NCBI GenBank assembly: GCA_042408215.1
Contig: JAYFMW010000017.1
Span: 740,951 to 804,950 of the forward strand
DNA: 64,000 nt
From: Microcoleus sp.
Lineage (GTDB): Bacteria; Cyanobacteriota; Cyanobacteriia; Cyanobacteriales; Microcoleaceae
Direction: 5' to 3'
Shown: positions 1-13,284 of the stretch, in pieces
How the letters are laid out: each line of letters opens with the position of its first letter
Numbering within the stretch: the stretch's first letter is position 1
Notes under the pieces: model-generated
Told to the model about the DNA's origin: nothing
Databases searched by the model: none
What the model saw: the letters and a program-made list of their open reading frames with translations, nothing else
Made by a program: the position numbers and the translations under genes

Positions 1-175
1 AGACACACATACCCAAGGACACACATAGCTGATACCGATTTGTCGAGCTAATTTTCACGCCAAGGCGATCGTCCCGTTGATGAGAGCAGGATAGCGATCG
101 CCCCCCTCTAGTCCAGCTTGCTGCAAGCATTCGCAGTCTCAACACCCAACTATAAATACAGGAGGATTCAGGGTT

Positions 176-979
176 ATGACTACATCTACCTTAGTCAAAA
201 AAACATCGTTCACAGTCGCCAGCTTAGTAACCACAATTTTGCTAGGCATCAGCGCACCCGCTCGAGCTTTTATGTTTGGGACGAGCGGCATCCAGTTCGA
301 TCGAGACACAATTGTCGATTTTACGTTCGATCAATCTCACGGATCGTACCAGTCCAGCTTGTGGGTAGCCCAAGGCCAGTCGGGAAACACTGGCTACAGC
401 AACATATCCCGCCTATTTTACGAGGTCAAACCCTCAGATAACGGCTCGGAAAATGACTCCAAGGGAACCTTTGGCAACGCAGTCACCTCCAACAATGGCT
501 CCATCGACCAAACTTTCAGATTTTTGAAGGATCAAGTTTACGCCCTCCTGCTGTGGAGCGACAGCGGCAGCGGCAGACAATTCGAGCAGTATGCCTCCTC
601 AAGTACCTTCATGAACAGCCCCGAATGGTGGGCAGCCACCAGCCAATTCCGCAGAAGTGAGTGTCTGGTGGCTGGTTGTCAGCAAGCCGTGTTTGGCGAC
701 TTTACCCTCGACTACAAGTCCGACTTGTCATTTACAACCCTCAACGGCGGTAAGGGCTCACAGCAATTTTCATCGGTGACAATGGACCAACTGCTTCAGG
801 GCACAAAAATCTCCTTCGACGATGGCGGCGGAGCAGTAAATGACGATGACTTTCAAGACTTTAGCGTCACGGCTCAGGCAGTCCCCGAACCAATCTCAGT
901 GTTGGGTACTATCCTGGGGATCGGGGCTTTGGGCGCGGCGCGATCGCAAAAAAAGCGACACCAGCAACAGCCAAAATAA
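176..979 (+). CDS. PEP-CTERM sorting domain protein
   Basis: N-terminal signal peptide ending APARA; acidic DDDFQD motif; C-terminal VPEP + hydrophobic helix + basic tail. Confidence 0.85.
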   Translation: MTTSTLVKKTSFTVASLVTTILLGISAPARAFMFGTSGIQFDRDTIVDFTFDQSHGSYQSSLWVAQGQSGNTGYSNISRLFYEVKPSDNGSENDSKGTFGNAVTSNNGSIDQTFRFLKDQVYALLLWSDSGSGRQFEQYASSSTFMNSPEWWAATSQFRRSECLVAGCQQAVFGDFTLDYKSDLSFTTLNGGKGSQQFSSVTMDQLLQGTKISFDDGGGAVNDDDFQDFSVTAQAVPEPISVLGTILGIGALGAARSQKKRHQQQPK

Positions 980-1056
980 CAAATTAGCAGCCCATACAAA
1001 TCTAAATAGTGAGTCTGTTCAGTGGTACTCTGAGAAATAGCATTTCTAAATGTTAA

Positions 1057-2859
<1,803 letters not shown>

Positions 2860-2868
2860 GGACAATTT

Positions 2869-3277
2869 ATGACATTATCTGTGCGCGTAGTTGCCCCCAG
2901 ACAAAACTGTTTGGGATTCTAATGCTGAAGAAGTAATTCTGCCGAGCACTACAGGCCAATTGGGTATCTTGACCGGTCACGCTCCGATGTTGACGGCTTT
3001 GGATACGGGAGTGATGCGCGTCCGTCCCGGTAAGGAATGGGTGTCTATTGCTCTGATGGGCGGCTTTGCAGAAATCGAAGCAAACCAAGTTACTATTCTT
3101 GTCAACGGTGCCGAAAAAGGCGAAACAATTGACAAAGAAGCCGCTCGCACTGCCTACACCGAAGCAGAAGCTCGTTTGGAAAAGGCCGCTAGCGGTACTC
3201 TCCAAGAGCAAATTCAAGCTAAGCAAGCAATCAAACGCGCGAGAGCTCGTTTCCAAGCAGCCGGCGGCACGCTCTAG
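2869..3277 (+). CDS. atpC: F1 ATP synthase epsilon subunit (apparent +1 frameshift in C run near 2894-2898)
   Basis: ATG 2869 gives [10 protein letters not shown], continuing as DKTVWDS...[11 protein letters not shown] in the +1 frame; follows atpD. Confidence 0.93.
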
Positions 3278-3299
3278 CCCTCAGCCTAGGGACGGGAGT

Positions 3300-3401
3300 G
3301 GGACACAACAATGTTGTATCCCTACAGATCCAATGTAGGGACACAACATTGTTGTATCCCTACAGATCCAATGTAGGGACACAACATTGTTGTGTCCCTA
3401 C
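3300..3401. repeat. 38-bp tandem palindromic repeat (GGGACACAACA-TGTTGTRTCCC), about 2.7 copies
   Basis: Units start at 3300, 3338 and 3376 with identical linkers; related to GTAGGGACACGGCA repeats elsewhere. Confidence 0.85.
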
Positions 3402-3408
3402 TGTTTTG

Positions 3409-3720
3409 TTAAACCCCAACTTCCAACAATAGAGACTGCATGGTTTCCCAAGATAGCCCTTGCTCAATATAGCGAGGGCTATCTGGATTGTAGGGGCTGT
3501 TTACTCGATCGATACTGACAATTTTTGCTCCCACAGGTAAAACAGGAACGTCAGGATCGAAAGCAGTCGATCGCACCAAAGAGCTAGAAAAGCCTTTAAA
3601 AATTGCAATTTCGTCAGGTTCGCCCTCAACTTGGGCCTTCACGATTAAAACTTCCTGGGGACGTTTGATCGTGTATTGTTCCAAGCGCCCAGCAATAGAA
3701 TCAGTCATCATAGATATCAC
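3409..3720 (-). CDS. conserved cyanobacterial/plastid hypothetical protein
   Basis: IFKGFSSSL...TAFDPDVPVLP...IDR...PYNP motif recognised from green-lineage proteins. Confidence 0.75.
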   Translation of the reverse strand: MISMMTDSIAGRLEQYTIKRPQEVLIVKAQVEGEPDEIAIFKGFSSSLVRSTAFDPDVPVLPVGAKIVSIDRVNSPYNPDSPRYIEQGLSWETMQSLLLEVGV

Positions 3721-3804
3721 TTTACTAAAAATAGTTTACAATACTTAAGAGTGGTGCAGCTTTGATTTGAACATAAACCGATGATTTCAAGCTAAATTAC
3801 TACT

Positions 3805-6800
3805 ATGTCAACTCCCTCTCTCAAACATTTAGCAGCCAAAATTTCTGGAAAACTTACCCTGCGGACTGTTCTGATAGTTCCCTTCGTCCTGCAAGTATTT
3901 GCCGCCGTGGGAATTGTGGGATATTTATCATTTAAGAACAGTCAAAGAGCCGTTAATGACCTTGCCGGTCAGTTGATGAGTGAAGTCAGCAATCGCATCG
4001 AACAGAACCTCCGCTCTTATTTAGACACTCCGCACCAGAGCAATCAAAGCAAGCTGGATTCTGTGAATCTGGGTTTTGTGAACATGAAAGACTTGTCAGC
4101 TTGGGAAAAATATCTGTGGCGACAAGTGCAATTATATCCCTCCATAAATTTTACCTCAATTGGCAATAAGGATGGAGAATATCGCACCGGAGAAAAGACA
4201 TCAAATGGCAATTTATTGATGAACGCATCCGGCCCGTCAACTGGCTTCGATTTCTATTCTTACAATACTAATGATACAGGCGATCGCACTACAGTAGCGG
4301 CACAGGTCAAAAACTTTGACATCCGCCAACACCCTTCCTACACCTATGCCGCCCTCGAAGGAAAACCAACTTGGAGCTCAGTTTATATCTCATTCCTCGA
4401 ACCCACATTAATAATCAGCGCTCTCCAACCCGTTTACGACACCCAAAAACAGCTAGAAGGAGTGTTAGTTTCTGCCCTGCGTCTCGATCATCTAGGTCAA
4501 TTTTTAAATAGCCTCAAAATTGGCAAATCGGGACAGACATTTATTGTTGAAAGAAATGGCACACTCTTAGCAACTTCATCGCCTGAGAAACCGTTTCGTA
4601 CCCAAAATAATCAAAAAGAACTGTTTAAAATTACAGAGAGCAGCGATGCAGTAACTCAAGCAACAGCTAAATATTTAACAACTCAATTTCAAGACTTGCA
4701 CAACATTAAAAAAACTGAGCAAATCAATTTTGAAATCAACGGTAAACAGCAATATTTAAAAATTCTGCCATTTAAAGACGGCAAAGGTTTAGACTGGTTG
4801 ATTGTCGTCGTCGTTCCCGAAGCCGACTTTATGGAACAAATTGATGCCAATACCCGCACTACAGTGCTGCTGTGTATAGCCGCTTTGGGAATGGCAACAG
4901 TTGTGGGCATCTTCACTTCCCGCTGGATTATCAAACCTATTCTCGAACTGAAAGACGCAGCAACAGCTTTGTCTGAAGGACAATTTGACCGAACTGTAAA
5001 ACTCAATAGAACCGACGAATTAGGCATACTTGCCAAAGCTTTTAACAGCATGGCGGCACAACTGCAAGCATCTTTTACCGCCTTAGAAACTAAAAATAGC
5101 GAATTGCAGCGGCTGGACAAACTCAAAGACGAATTTCTCGCCAATACCTCCCACGAACTCCGCACTCCCCTCAACGGGATTATTGGTATTGCAGAATCTT
5201 TAATAGACGGCGCTACCGGACAACTGCCAGAAAAAACAAATATGAACTTAGCTTTGATTTCATCGTCTGGCAAAAGACTGTCGTCTTTAATTAACGACAT
5301 CCTGGATTTTTCCCAACTCAAACATAAAACTCTAGAACTGCAAATTAAACCCGTCGGAATCCGAGAAATAGTCTACATAATTCTGACTTTATCTCAGCCA
5401 TTAGTAGGCAAAAAAAAACTTGCAGTTGCTCAATTCAATTAGTCCAGAATTGCCGCCAGTAGCAGCCGATGAAAATCGTTTGGAACAAATACTTTACAAT
5501 TTAATCGGTAATGCGATTAAATTTACCGAAAGCGGTACTGTTGAAATTTCAGCAGAATTGTTAATGGACAACGAAAAATCATCAATGCCTAGTTCCCAAT
5601 TAGCCATTACTGTATCAGACACTGGCCTTGGCATCGCCGCAGACAAATTAGAGCGAATTTTTGAATCCTTTGAACAAGCTGACGGTTCCACTGCTAGGGA
5701 ATTCGGCGGCACGGGTTTAGGTTTGGCGGTGGCTAAGCAATTAGTTGAATTGCACGGAGGTCAAATTCGGGTATCTTCAACTGTAGGAGTTGGTTCTCAA
5801 TTTACCTTTACTTTGCCAGTATCTGAAAGTCCACCAGAAGTTAATGGTAAGTATCCACTTGTAGCTGAGGGCGATCGCAATTTTAGCAGTCATCAAGTTA
5901 CAGCCCAATTGCCTATTATACATTCTCAGTCACCAGCCAATCAAGAACTACTGCAAACTGACAAAATTAAAATCTTGATCGTCGATGATGAACCCATTAA
6001 TATTCAGGTGTTAGTTAACAGTCTTTCGATCGAAAATTACGTCATAACTCAAGCAAGCAATGGCTTGGAAGCATTAACTTTGATTGAAGAGGGATTTAAG
6101 CCAGACTTAATGTTACTCGATGTCATGATGCCCAGGATGACTGGTTATGAAGTGTGTCGAGAAGTTCGCAAAAAATACTCGCCTTTAGAATTACCGATTT
6201 TGATGCTGACTGCCAAAAATCAAACCTCGGATTTGGTAGAAGCTTTTAACTTAGAAGCAAATGATTATGTAACTAAACCTTTTGTCAAAAAGGAATTGTT
6301 GGCAAGAATTAATACGCAAATTCGTCTGGCAAAACTGAATGCAGCCTACGGCAGATTTGTCCCGCATGATTTTTTAAATTTACTTGAAAAGCCTAGTATT
6401 ATTGAAGTAAAATTAGGCGAACATCAAGAAAAAAACATGACGGTATTGTTTGCTGATATTCGCTCCTTTACGGCACTTTCAGAAAAAATGACACCGCCAG
6501 AAAATTTTGCTTTTATTAATAATTATTTGGGGAGAGTGAGTCCTGTAATTAGAAAAAACAACGGCTTTATTGACAAATACATTGGGGATGCAGTAATGGC
6601 ACTGTTTCCTAGTTGTCCTGATGATGGGGTTCGAGCAGCAATTGATATGCAGAAAGAAGTAAATGTTTACAACCAACAGCGACAAGAAAATGCCTTGGTT
6701 CCTATTGCGATCGGCATTGGTTTACACGCGGGTAATTTAATGTTGGGTACAATTGGCGAGCGAGAACGGATGGAAAGTACAGTGATTGCTGATGCTGTGA

Positions 6801-7204
6801 ATCTCGCCTCTCGTTTGGAAGGGTTGACTAAGGTTTACGGTTCGGGAATTCTAGTTAGTGATGCCATTATGGCTCGTCTGGACGATCGCGAAAATTATAA
6901 GTACAGATTTGTCGATCTAGTGACAGTGAAAGGAAAAACAACTGCTGTGTCGGTATTTGAAATTTACGATACAGAAACAGAGGATAGCATTCAGCTCAAA
7001 CAGCAAACTGCGGAGGTTTTTCAAGTAGGTCTAGATTTTTACTACCAGCAAAAATTTGTTGCTGCACAAAAAGTTTTTCAGAATATTTTACACATTAATC
7101 CTGAAGATAAGGTAGCAATGCTGTATTTCAAACGCTCTCGCAAGTATCGAATGTATGGAGCACCGGATGGGTGGTCGGGGGTGGAAATTTCGACGGAGAA
7201 ATAG
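3805..7204 (+). CDS. membrane hybrid sensor: Cache-HAMP-HisKA-HATPase-REC-adenylate/guanylate cyclase (split by +1 frameshift at A9 run 5410-5418)
   Basis: TM-periplasmic-TM, HAMP (DELGILAKAFN), FLANTSHELRTPL, GGTGLGL, LLDVMMP, LFADIRSFT/DKYIGDAVM/VNLASRLEG; removing one A joins 3805..5442 to 5420..7204. Confidence 0.9.
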
Positions 7205-7298
7205 GGTGGGCAGGATGCCCCACAATCAAATTTATTTTTTGTGGAACAGGCATCCTGCCTGTTATCAAGAATGGTGCAAGATATAAGTTGTACAAACT

Positions 7299-7571
7299 TT
7301 AAAATACGGTTGTACAAACCCCGAATTGCCTCCAAGTTTGAGGGCCGACAATGCCGTCAGCTTCGATGCGTTTACTCCTTTGAAACTCGATCGCTGCTTG
7401 TTCGGTTTTCGGGCCGAACGATCCATCGGTAGCTAGGGAATACCCGTTGGCATTCAAGAGTCTCTGGAGGTAGCGCACGTCCTCATTTTGGGTAACGTCG
7501 TCATTACGTTTCAGTAGGGGAAAATAACGGCAGGAAGGTAATTCAGTGCGAGTTACAGTTGTGGTTTGCAT
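7299..7571 (-). CDS. small peptidoglycan-binding domain protein
   Basis: DVRYLQRLL..DGSFGPKTEQA..FQR..DGIVGPQTW pattern. Confidence 0.88.
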   Translation of the reverse strand: MQTTTVTRTELPSCRYFPLLKRNDDVTQNEDVRYLQRLLNANGYSLATDGSFGPKTEQAAIEFQRSKRIEADGIVGPQTWRQFGVCTTVF

Positions 7572-7642
7572 GATTTTATTTTCGATGAGTTGTTTGCAAG
7601 TTGTTGGAAGTACAGAAGTGGGGAAAAGATGTTAACTTTGAT

Positions 7643-7915
7643 TTAACCCCCGAAGGTACAAGCTCCCAATCGCTCCCAAGTTTGAGGGCCGACAATACCA
7701 TCAATAGCGATGCGTTTACTCCTTTGAAAATTGATAACTGCTTGTTCGGTTTTGCCACCGAATATTCCATCAATAGTTACCGGATATCCCTTCTGAGTCA
7801 ATTTTTGTTGGAGATATCGAACATCCTGATTGGGAGCGGCCTGATCGTTGCGTCTTAGTGTCGGTAATGAAGAGCACAAAGGTAATTGAGTATGGGTGGC
7901 ATTTGTAGTTTCCAT
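7643..7915 (-). CDS. small peptidoglycan-binding domain protein (tandem paralog)
   Basis: Same motifs; ATG 7915 gives 90 aa, the same length as the neighbour. Confidence 0.88.
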   Translation of the reverse strand: METTNATHTQLPLCSSLPTLRRNDQAAPNQDVRYLQQKLTQKGYPVTIDGIFGGKTEQAVINFQRSKRIAIDGIVGPQTWERLGACTFGG

Positions 7916-8197
7916 GGTTTGATTCTCGATTATTTTTTTTGGTTGCAAGTTGTTTTAACCTGCTATTCCCTAGTTGTAGCTGCGGGGGAAAGTGCTTTAA
8001 CAGTCGCTTTTTATAGTGACACTTATCTGAGGTAGCTCAGATGAGTGACACTCGAAGGTAGAAGGTAAGTTGTTGAGCATTAAAATTAAAGCTTTCGGGC
8101 GGGATCTCCAGCCCACCCCACAATAGTTGCATCAAACTTGACTGTAAAATTTAGATCTGCCTCAGCTTACAGCTTCTGGGAGGCGCGAGGCATTTAT

Positions 8198-9542
8198 CAG
8201 AAAATTGGGTTGAAAACCCCGTCCTAAAAGGACGGCTTTAATTGTAAACCTTTGTTACAATACCAGCTAATCTTGTACTGAAAGATCTAGCATAAGGCAG
8301 GAGGTAGAACAATGCTAGTTTTTGAGTTCAAAGCTTAGGTCAAATCCAGTCAGATTGCAGCAGTAAATGAAGCGATTCGTACAGCACAATTTGTCCGCAA
8401 TAGCTGTTTACGCTATTGGATGGACAACAAAAAAATAGATAAATATGATTTAAACAAATATTGTGCTGTATTGGCTCATAACTTCTCGTTTGCCGACGAA
8501 CTTAACTCTCAAGCTAGACAAGCTAGTGCTGAACGAGCCTGGTCTGCTATCTCCCGATTTTACGAGAACTGCAAAAAGTCAATTCCAGGTAAAAAAGGAT
8601 ATCCACAATTCCAGAAAGACTGTCGCTCAGTTGAGTATAAATCAACTGGCTGGAAACTTGCGGATGACAGGAAGTCGATCAAATTCACCGACAAAAAAGG
8701 AATTGGTAAACTCAAATTAAAGGGAACACGCGATCTGCATTTCTACCAAATCAGCCAAATAAAACGGGTGACATTGGTAAAACGCGCAGACGGCGTGTAT
8801 GTCCAATTATGTGTCGATGTCGATCGAAAGGAAAACATAGAACCCTCTGGTAACACCATTGGGTTAGATGTTGGCTTAAAGGAATACTACACCGATTCAA
8901 ACGGAGTGACGGTTGAAAATCCGAGATTTCTACGTCAAGGTGAAACAGTTCTTAAGCGCTCTCAACGTCGTGTATCTAGGAAGGTAAAAGGTTCAAAAAA
9001 TAGAGGCAAAGCTAGACAGATTTTAGGAAAACGCCATCTCAAAATAAGTCGGCAACGCAAAGACCATGCAATAAAACTTGCAAGGTGCGTAGAGAGCGTC
9101 AAACGACTTGATAGCTTAGGTCGATTTGAGGATGAAAAATATGGTGAAAAATCATTGTTTAGCTAAGTCTATTAACGATGCTTCTTGGTATCAGTTTCGG
9201 CTCTGGATTGAATACTTCGCGAAAGTATTTGAGAAAGTAACGGTTGCGGTAAATCCGCAATATACCAGCCAAGAATGCTCTAGCTGCGGTGAAATTGTGA
9301 AGAAAACGCTATCCACTAGAACCCATGTTTGTAAGTGCGGTTGTGTAATGGATAGAGATTTTAACGCAGCTAAAAATATCCTTAGTCGAGGATTGGGTAC
9401 GGTAGGGCATACCGGAACCTTTGCACTTGATGCAAGCAACGCTTTAGGAGAATCGACCTCTACTCTGGCTGGAGAAATCCAGCCTCAGCAAGTTGGCTCG
9501 TAGATTAAAGAATCCCCACGCCTTTAGGCTGGGGAGTGTCAA
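8198..9542 (+). mobile_element. IS200/IS605-family (TnpB-only) element
   Basis: TTAT target, left-end hairpin CCGTCCTAAAAGGACGG, right-end CCCCACGCCTTTAGGCTGGGG...TCAA. Confidence 0.9.
8312..9503 (+). pseudogene. tnpB: tnpB pseudogene
   Basis: MLVFEFKA start, GLDVGL, YTSQECSSCG, DRDFNAA; stops at 8336 and 9117 plus a frameshift near 9095. Confidence 0.9.
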
Positions 9543-9566
9543 CTAATGATATTATTCTGGGTCAGA

Positions 9567-10991
9567 TTAGCGACTTTCAAGGCGTTCCTGAAAACTGGTG
9601 TGGGGTTTGGACTTTAACTCAGAAGTGATACCGTAGTAGCGCATGATCGTAGTTTTGCGGCTGTCAAACAACTTGATAATTGAATCAATAACTATTTCTG
9701 TGACGATCGGGTTAAAGTCGGTAATAAAGTCGTCGGGGTCAATATTTTGTTTGAAAAACTCCTTAGCCCGATCGCACTGATAGCGCATTTCGTCAAAGCC
9801 AACACTTTTCACCATAAACGTTGTTAGTGGCGAGTTTTCCAAATCGGTATAGGTACTGCTTTTAGCCCGCCCATTTTCTAACAAATTCAATACTTCTGCT
9901 TCCAGGGCTGTTTTGGGTTCTAATGGTTGTTTAATTTCGGGGAAAAAGCTTTCCAAGCGTACGCCGCCACTAACTCGATCGGGAAGTTCGCCCATCACCA
10001 TTGCCAGAGAAACATCTAGTCCAAAACCCGAAGAAAGCGCCTCAATCATGGCGATTCCAGCCAGTTTGCAGCCCAAATAAAGCCTCGCGAGCTCAAGATT
10101 GTTCCGAGCAGTATTTTCCCACCGCTGATAGGTACTGTCATCTGGATATCCGTCAAATTGCCGAAAAATTAGCTCAGGATTGAGATAATTCATAAAGCCT
10201 TCCATTTTCAGCAAAGCAACTCGGTAGTCACGAACCGTGTAAAAACCGTAGGTGAGAGTATGATTTGTTTCCGGCAATAAGTTCCAGGTATTTGCCAAAA
10301 AAAGTGCCGCACTTTCGTAAGCAAAACTCATCACATCGCGGTTGGCAATTCCGACAGCTTTTTTGATTGTTTGCCGCATTTTATCCTCAGTCAAACTGAG
10401 GTTAAACTGCATATTTATTGATGGCAAACGATCGTACAGTCGCTGGCTGACGGTGACTCCCCATTCGATCGCCCGAAACGGAATGGTTGCTTCTATGCAG
10501 GCTGCGATTTCCAGTAAATGCTCGCGTTTGAGAAATGGTTCTAGAGCTTTGGCTGCTACCAGAGCACTGAGAAATTCGTTTAGTCCGGCGAAAGGATTTA
10601 GCACTTCCCCCGGCACAAAACCAAATACTACCATTACCATCTCGAAGATGGCATCTGCCGTTAACTCAGATTTCTCCCGAATTTGTAGCTGTTTGTTAAC
10701 CTCTTTTATAACAGGAGTAATGTAGTGGCTAACGTTCAAACTAATGCTGCGATCGACTTGTACGTAGACAATATCGTGAAATAAAGCAGCCAAAACTTCG
10801 ATCGCATCTTCATTTCCCCCCACATCAAAAATATGTTCGGGAGTGTGAAAAAATCGCCACTGGCCCATCATCGGCTGAACTATCAGTTCGGCAATCCGAG
10901 CGAGTTGAGTTGGTTCGACTTCTACATCCAGCCTCGCCGTCGCCCAAATCAGCTTTTCTAAACACTGTAAGTATGGTTTGCTATCCATCAC
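9567..10991 (-). CDS. HD-superfamily metal-dependent phosphohydrolase-like protein
   Basis: RFFHTPEH and LAALFHDIVY motifs. Confidence 0.65.
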   Translation of the reverse strand: MMDSKPYLQCLEKLIWATARLDVEVEPTQLARIAELIVQPMMGQWRFFHTPEHIFDVGGNEDAIEVLAALFHDIVYVQVDRSISLNVSHYITPVIKEVNKQLQIREKSELTADAIFEMVMVVFGFVPGEVLNPFAGLNEFLSALVAAKALEPFLKREHLLEIAACIEATIPFRAIEWGVTVSQRLYDRLPSINMQFNLSLTEDKMRQTIKKAVGIANRDVMSFAYESAALFLANTWNLLPETNHTLTYGFYTVRDYRVALLKMEGFMNYLNPELIFRQFDGYPDDSTYQRWENTARNNLELARLYLGCKLAGIAMIEALSSGFGLDVSLAMVMGELPDRVSGGVRLESFFPEIKQPLEPKTALEAEVLNLLENGRAKSSTYTDLENSPLTTFMVKSVGFDEMRYQCDRAKEFFKQNIDPDDFITDFNPIVTEIVIDSIIKLFDSRKTTIMRYYGITSELKSKPHTSFQERLESR

Positions 10992-11165
10992 AGTCTTTTC
11001 CTATAACATTACTGTCACGTCAGCCAGACTCAGTTTAATTTTTGTTTTCCAGATGCACCTCGGATTTTTTTATTTTTTATTTTTGAGATTGCTGCGCAAC
11101 GCAGGGTCGTACAGTTGAAGACTGGAGCGGGGAATTGAGGATGCAAGTCTTTACTTAAAATCAAT

Positions 11166-11786
11166 TTACTGTCCGGTAGCCGATCGCCCTTGTTTTCCCA
11201 GTCTAATTAGCACAAAATAGGATAAGTAAGCTACATAAATCAGTAAACCTAATAGACCTAAAAAGCCTAAAAATTGAGGGTTGGTGGTAGCGTGAAACAT
11301 CTGTTTGTAGAACCAAGGTGGGTCTAGCCAAACGCGACAAAAAGGTTCGTCGATGACCTGATTTTGAGATTTGAAGGCACAAGTTAAGAAGGGAATTTGA
11401 GCGATCGCACCCAAACCGCTGTAAACAGTAATCGCCCACCGCCAAGCAGTAAAAGCCAGCTTTAAAGGCGATTGGGGTCGATCGGCAATTTCTTCATTCA
11501 AATCTGTCCAAAACCATAGACAAGCAGGAATCAAGGCCCTCCCCATCACCGACGATACAAAGCTGACAGGCACCGCAGCCATCATCAGGTAAAGTGTAAT
11601 TGCCAGCAAACTAGCCACTCGCCAATAAATAATCGACAAGCGGACGATCGCCTCAGCTTTCTCAACAACAGCCCAAATCAGCACTACCAGCGGGATCGAA
11701 ACCGTTAATAACACAGACAACCGATAATCCATCCAGACTAGGGGTTGAAACCAAGGCCCGGTAGCTGCCAATAAAAGACTCAACAT
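11166..11786 (-). CDS. DUF3177-like membrane protein
   Basis: LVWMDYRL, YWRVASLL, RLGKQGRSA C-terminus; multiple TM segments. Confidence 0.8.
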   Translation of the reverse strand: MLSLLLAATGPWFQPLVWMDYRLSVLLTVSIPLVVLIWAVVEKAEAIVRLSIIYWRVASLLAITLYLMMAAVPVSFVSSVMGRALIPACLWFWTDLNEEIADRPQSPLKLAFTAWRWAITVYSGLGAIAQIPFLTCAFKSQNQVIDEPFCRVWLDPPWFYKQMFHATTNPQFLGFLGLLGLLIYVAYLSYFVLIRLGKQGRSATGQ

Positions 11787-11985
11787 CTTTGGGAAAATAT
11801 ACTCACTTATTTGTGGAAAATCTTACTACAAAAAAGCCAAAAAATCAGCAACTGGGACATCTCTTCATGTTCCAGTTGCTGCTGCACTTTTACCAGATGT
11901 AGGTTAGAGAGTTTCAAAGGTAAATGACGAAGGTATTACGGCAAATCTCGCCCTCACCTTTCGCCTCCACCTTTAAGTTGCCGCT

Positions 11986-12222
11986 TTATTCGTCGTAGAT
12001 GCGGCACTCAGCAGCGTCAGGGTTGTCATCGCAATATTTTTCAAAGGAATTCTTAGGTTTGACCTGCTTTTGGTGGGAAGCTTCTGCTTGCAGTTCTTCA
12101 ACTGCGTCCCACGCCGCCGCACACTCGCCAGACGTGCTGCCACTGATGTCGCAGACGGTACGAGCGTTTTCGAGTTCTTCTTCAATTTTTTCTTGGATGT
12201 TGCCAGGGGGTGTTGTTGTCAT
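11986..12222 (-). CDS. cp12: Calvin cycle protein CP12
   Basis: CAAAWDAVEEL core and YCDDNPDAAECRIYDE; start at 12222 because the longer ORF runs into an IS end. Confidence 0.95.
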   Translation of the reverse strand: MTTTPPGNIQEKIEEELENARTVCDISGSTSGECAAAWDAVEELQAEASHQKQVKPKNSFEKYCDDNPDAAECRIYDE

Positions 12223-12256
12223 AAAAAAAAATTTCGGGAGTGTGCTACTGCTACTG

Positions 12257-12540
12257 CTGCTATACAAAACTTGGCTAAACTTATCAAATCGCTTCACCAT
12301 TCAACTAGAACTAATTTCTAGAGGGTCTGCTTCCTGCTTCCACCAAGGGAGTCGGCTCTCAACTTGTCCACAGGCGTAAATTCGGGTGTAGCCCACCCTA
12401 CTGTTTATGCAAACATTACACTTGACACTGATACTTTTAATTGGGACAATCTCCGACAATCTGAGACAATCCCCATATAGCCTTCCTATTGCTAGGAAAG
12501 GTGGTATCCCACAAAGCTATTGCCGTGAGACAATAGCGCT
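12257..12540 (-). mobile_element. non-coding IS607-type element with TnpB omega-RNA-like right end (element E)
   Basis: Minus strand: ATTGTC direct repeats, GGGTGGGCTACACCCGAATTTACGCCTGTGGAC...GAAGCAGGAAG, terminus AAGTTTTGTATAGCAG; left boundary approximate. Confidence 0.65.
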
Positions 12541-12548
12541 TTTTCATG

Positions 12549-12797
12549 TCAAAGACACCTGCAAACATTCAGGACTACGCCTATAAATAGGTACGCCTGT
12601 ATTTGCTGGTAGCTGAACAAGCTTTCGCGGTTAGTGACTTTCGTAGTCCCAAGTTGCTGATGTCCTTTAAGCCGAACCATTGGTTTCTGACTTATCTAAG
12701 TTTATCAGAGCAGCGCGATTTTTTGGGAAAGTATTTGTTAAACACAATTACTGACATTGTTGGGCTTATTACGGGAAAGTCTTGGAAATAGTCGTCC
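12549..12797 (-). mobile_element. non-coding structured element, probably IS607-derived (element B)
   Basis: TTTCC repeats at the 5' end; long imperfect stem AAAGGACATC..GGGACTACG / CGTAGTCC..GGTGTCTTT. Confidence 0.4.
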
Positions 12798-12928
12798 TAG
12801 TAACTGCTCCTCGACCTTTAGGTACGAGGATGCTTGAGCTAATCACTGCCCTTTGGGGTTGCCCCTACTTAGGTCTTACAGGATTATGTCTAGTCCGAGC
12901 CTACTAGAATATCACCTGATATCTAGAA

Positions 12929-13243
12929 CCGCTTCTAAAAATCTACAGAAATCTGTAGGTCAAACTTAGCGGTTTATGTTTAGCCCTTATCGGATGCTCT
13001 AAGCTTCCCGATTGCTCAGGTTGGCCTGATCTTCCCAGTTAGAGACTGCCTTGATTTAGCAGAGGACTTAAAATATTTGGTTTTTTGATGATTAGTTTGA
13101 GCAAGAGTGTTTCTGTGGTTTTCACACCAAGTAAGCTTTAACATCCCGCACTAATCAAGCGTTTCTCAAGTTTATCACGATTGTTGTGAAAGTCGTCAAG
13201 GTCTGAAAAAATCTAGGTAAATCTAGGTATTTTGGCTACTGCC
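12929..13243 (-). mobile_element. non-coding IS607-type element (element C)
   Basis: GG dinucleotide at both ends, TACCTAGAT direct repeats at left end, right end GTAGATTTTTAGAAGCGG. Confidence 0.6.
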
Positions 13244-13284
13244 ACTACCCCTTTTAATGGACTACTCGCCAAGCGTTTACCCAT

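Noticed and set aside
3300..3401. Possible mini CRISPR array
   Set aside because: Linkers are identical and only about 9 nt; no cas genes
12223..12300. N-terminally extended CP12 from the ORF track
   Set aside because: The extension reads through the 5' leader and an IS607-type right end
12549..12700. Group I intron core (GACTACG / CGTAGTC resembles P7), i.e. an IStron
   Set aside because: The pairing is part of a simple long hairpin; no other core elements or host exons were recognisable
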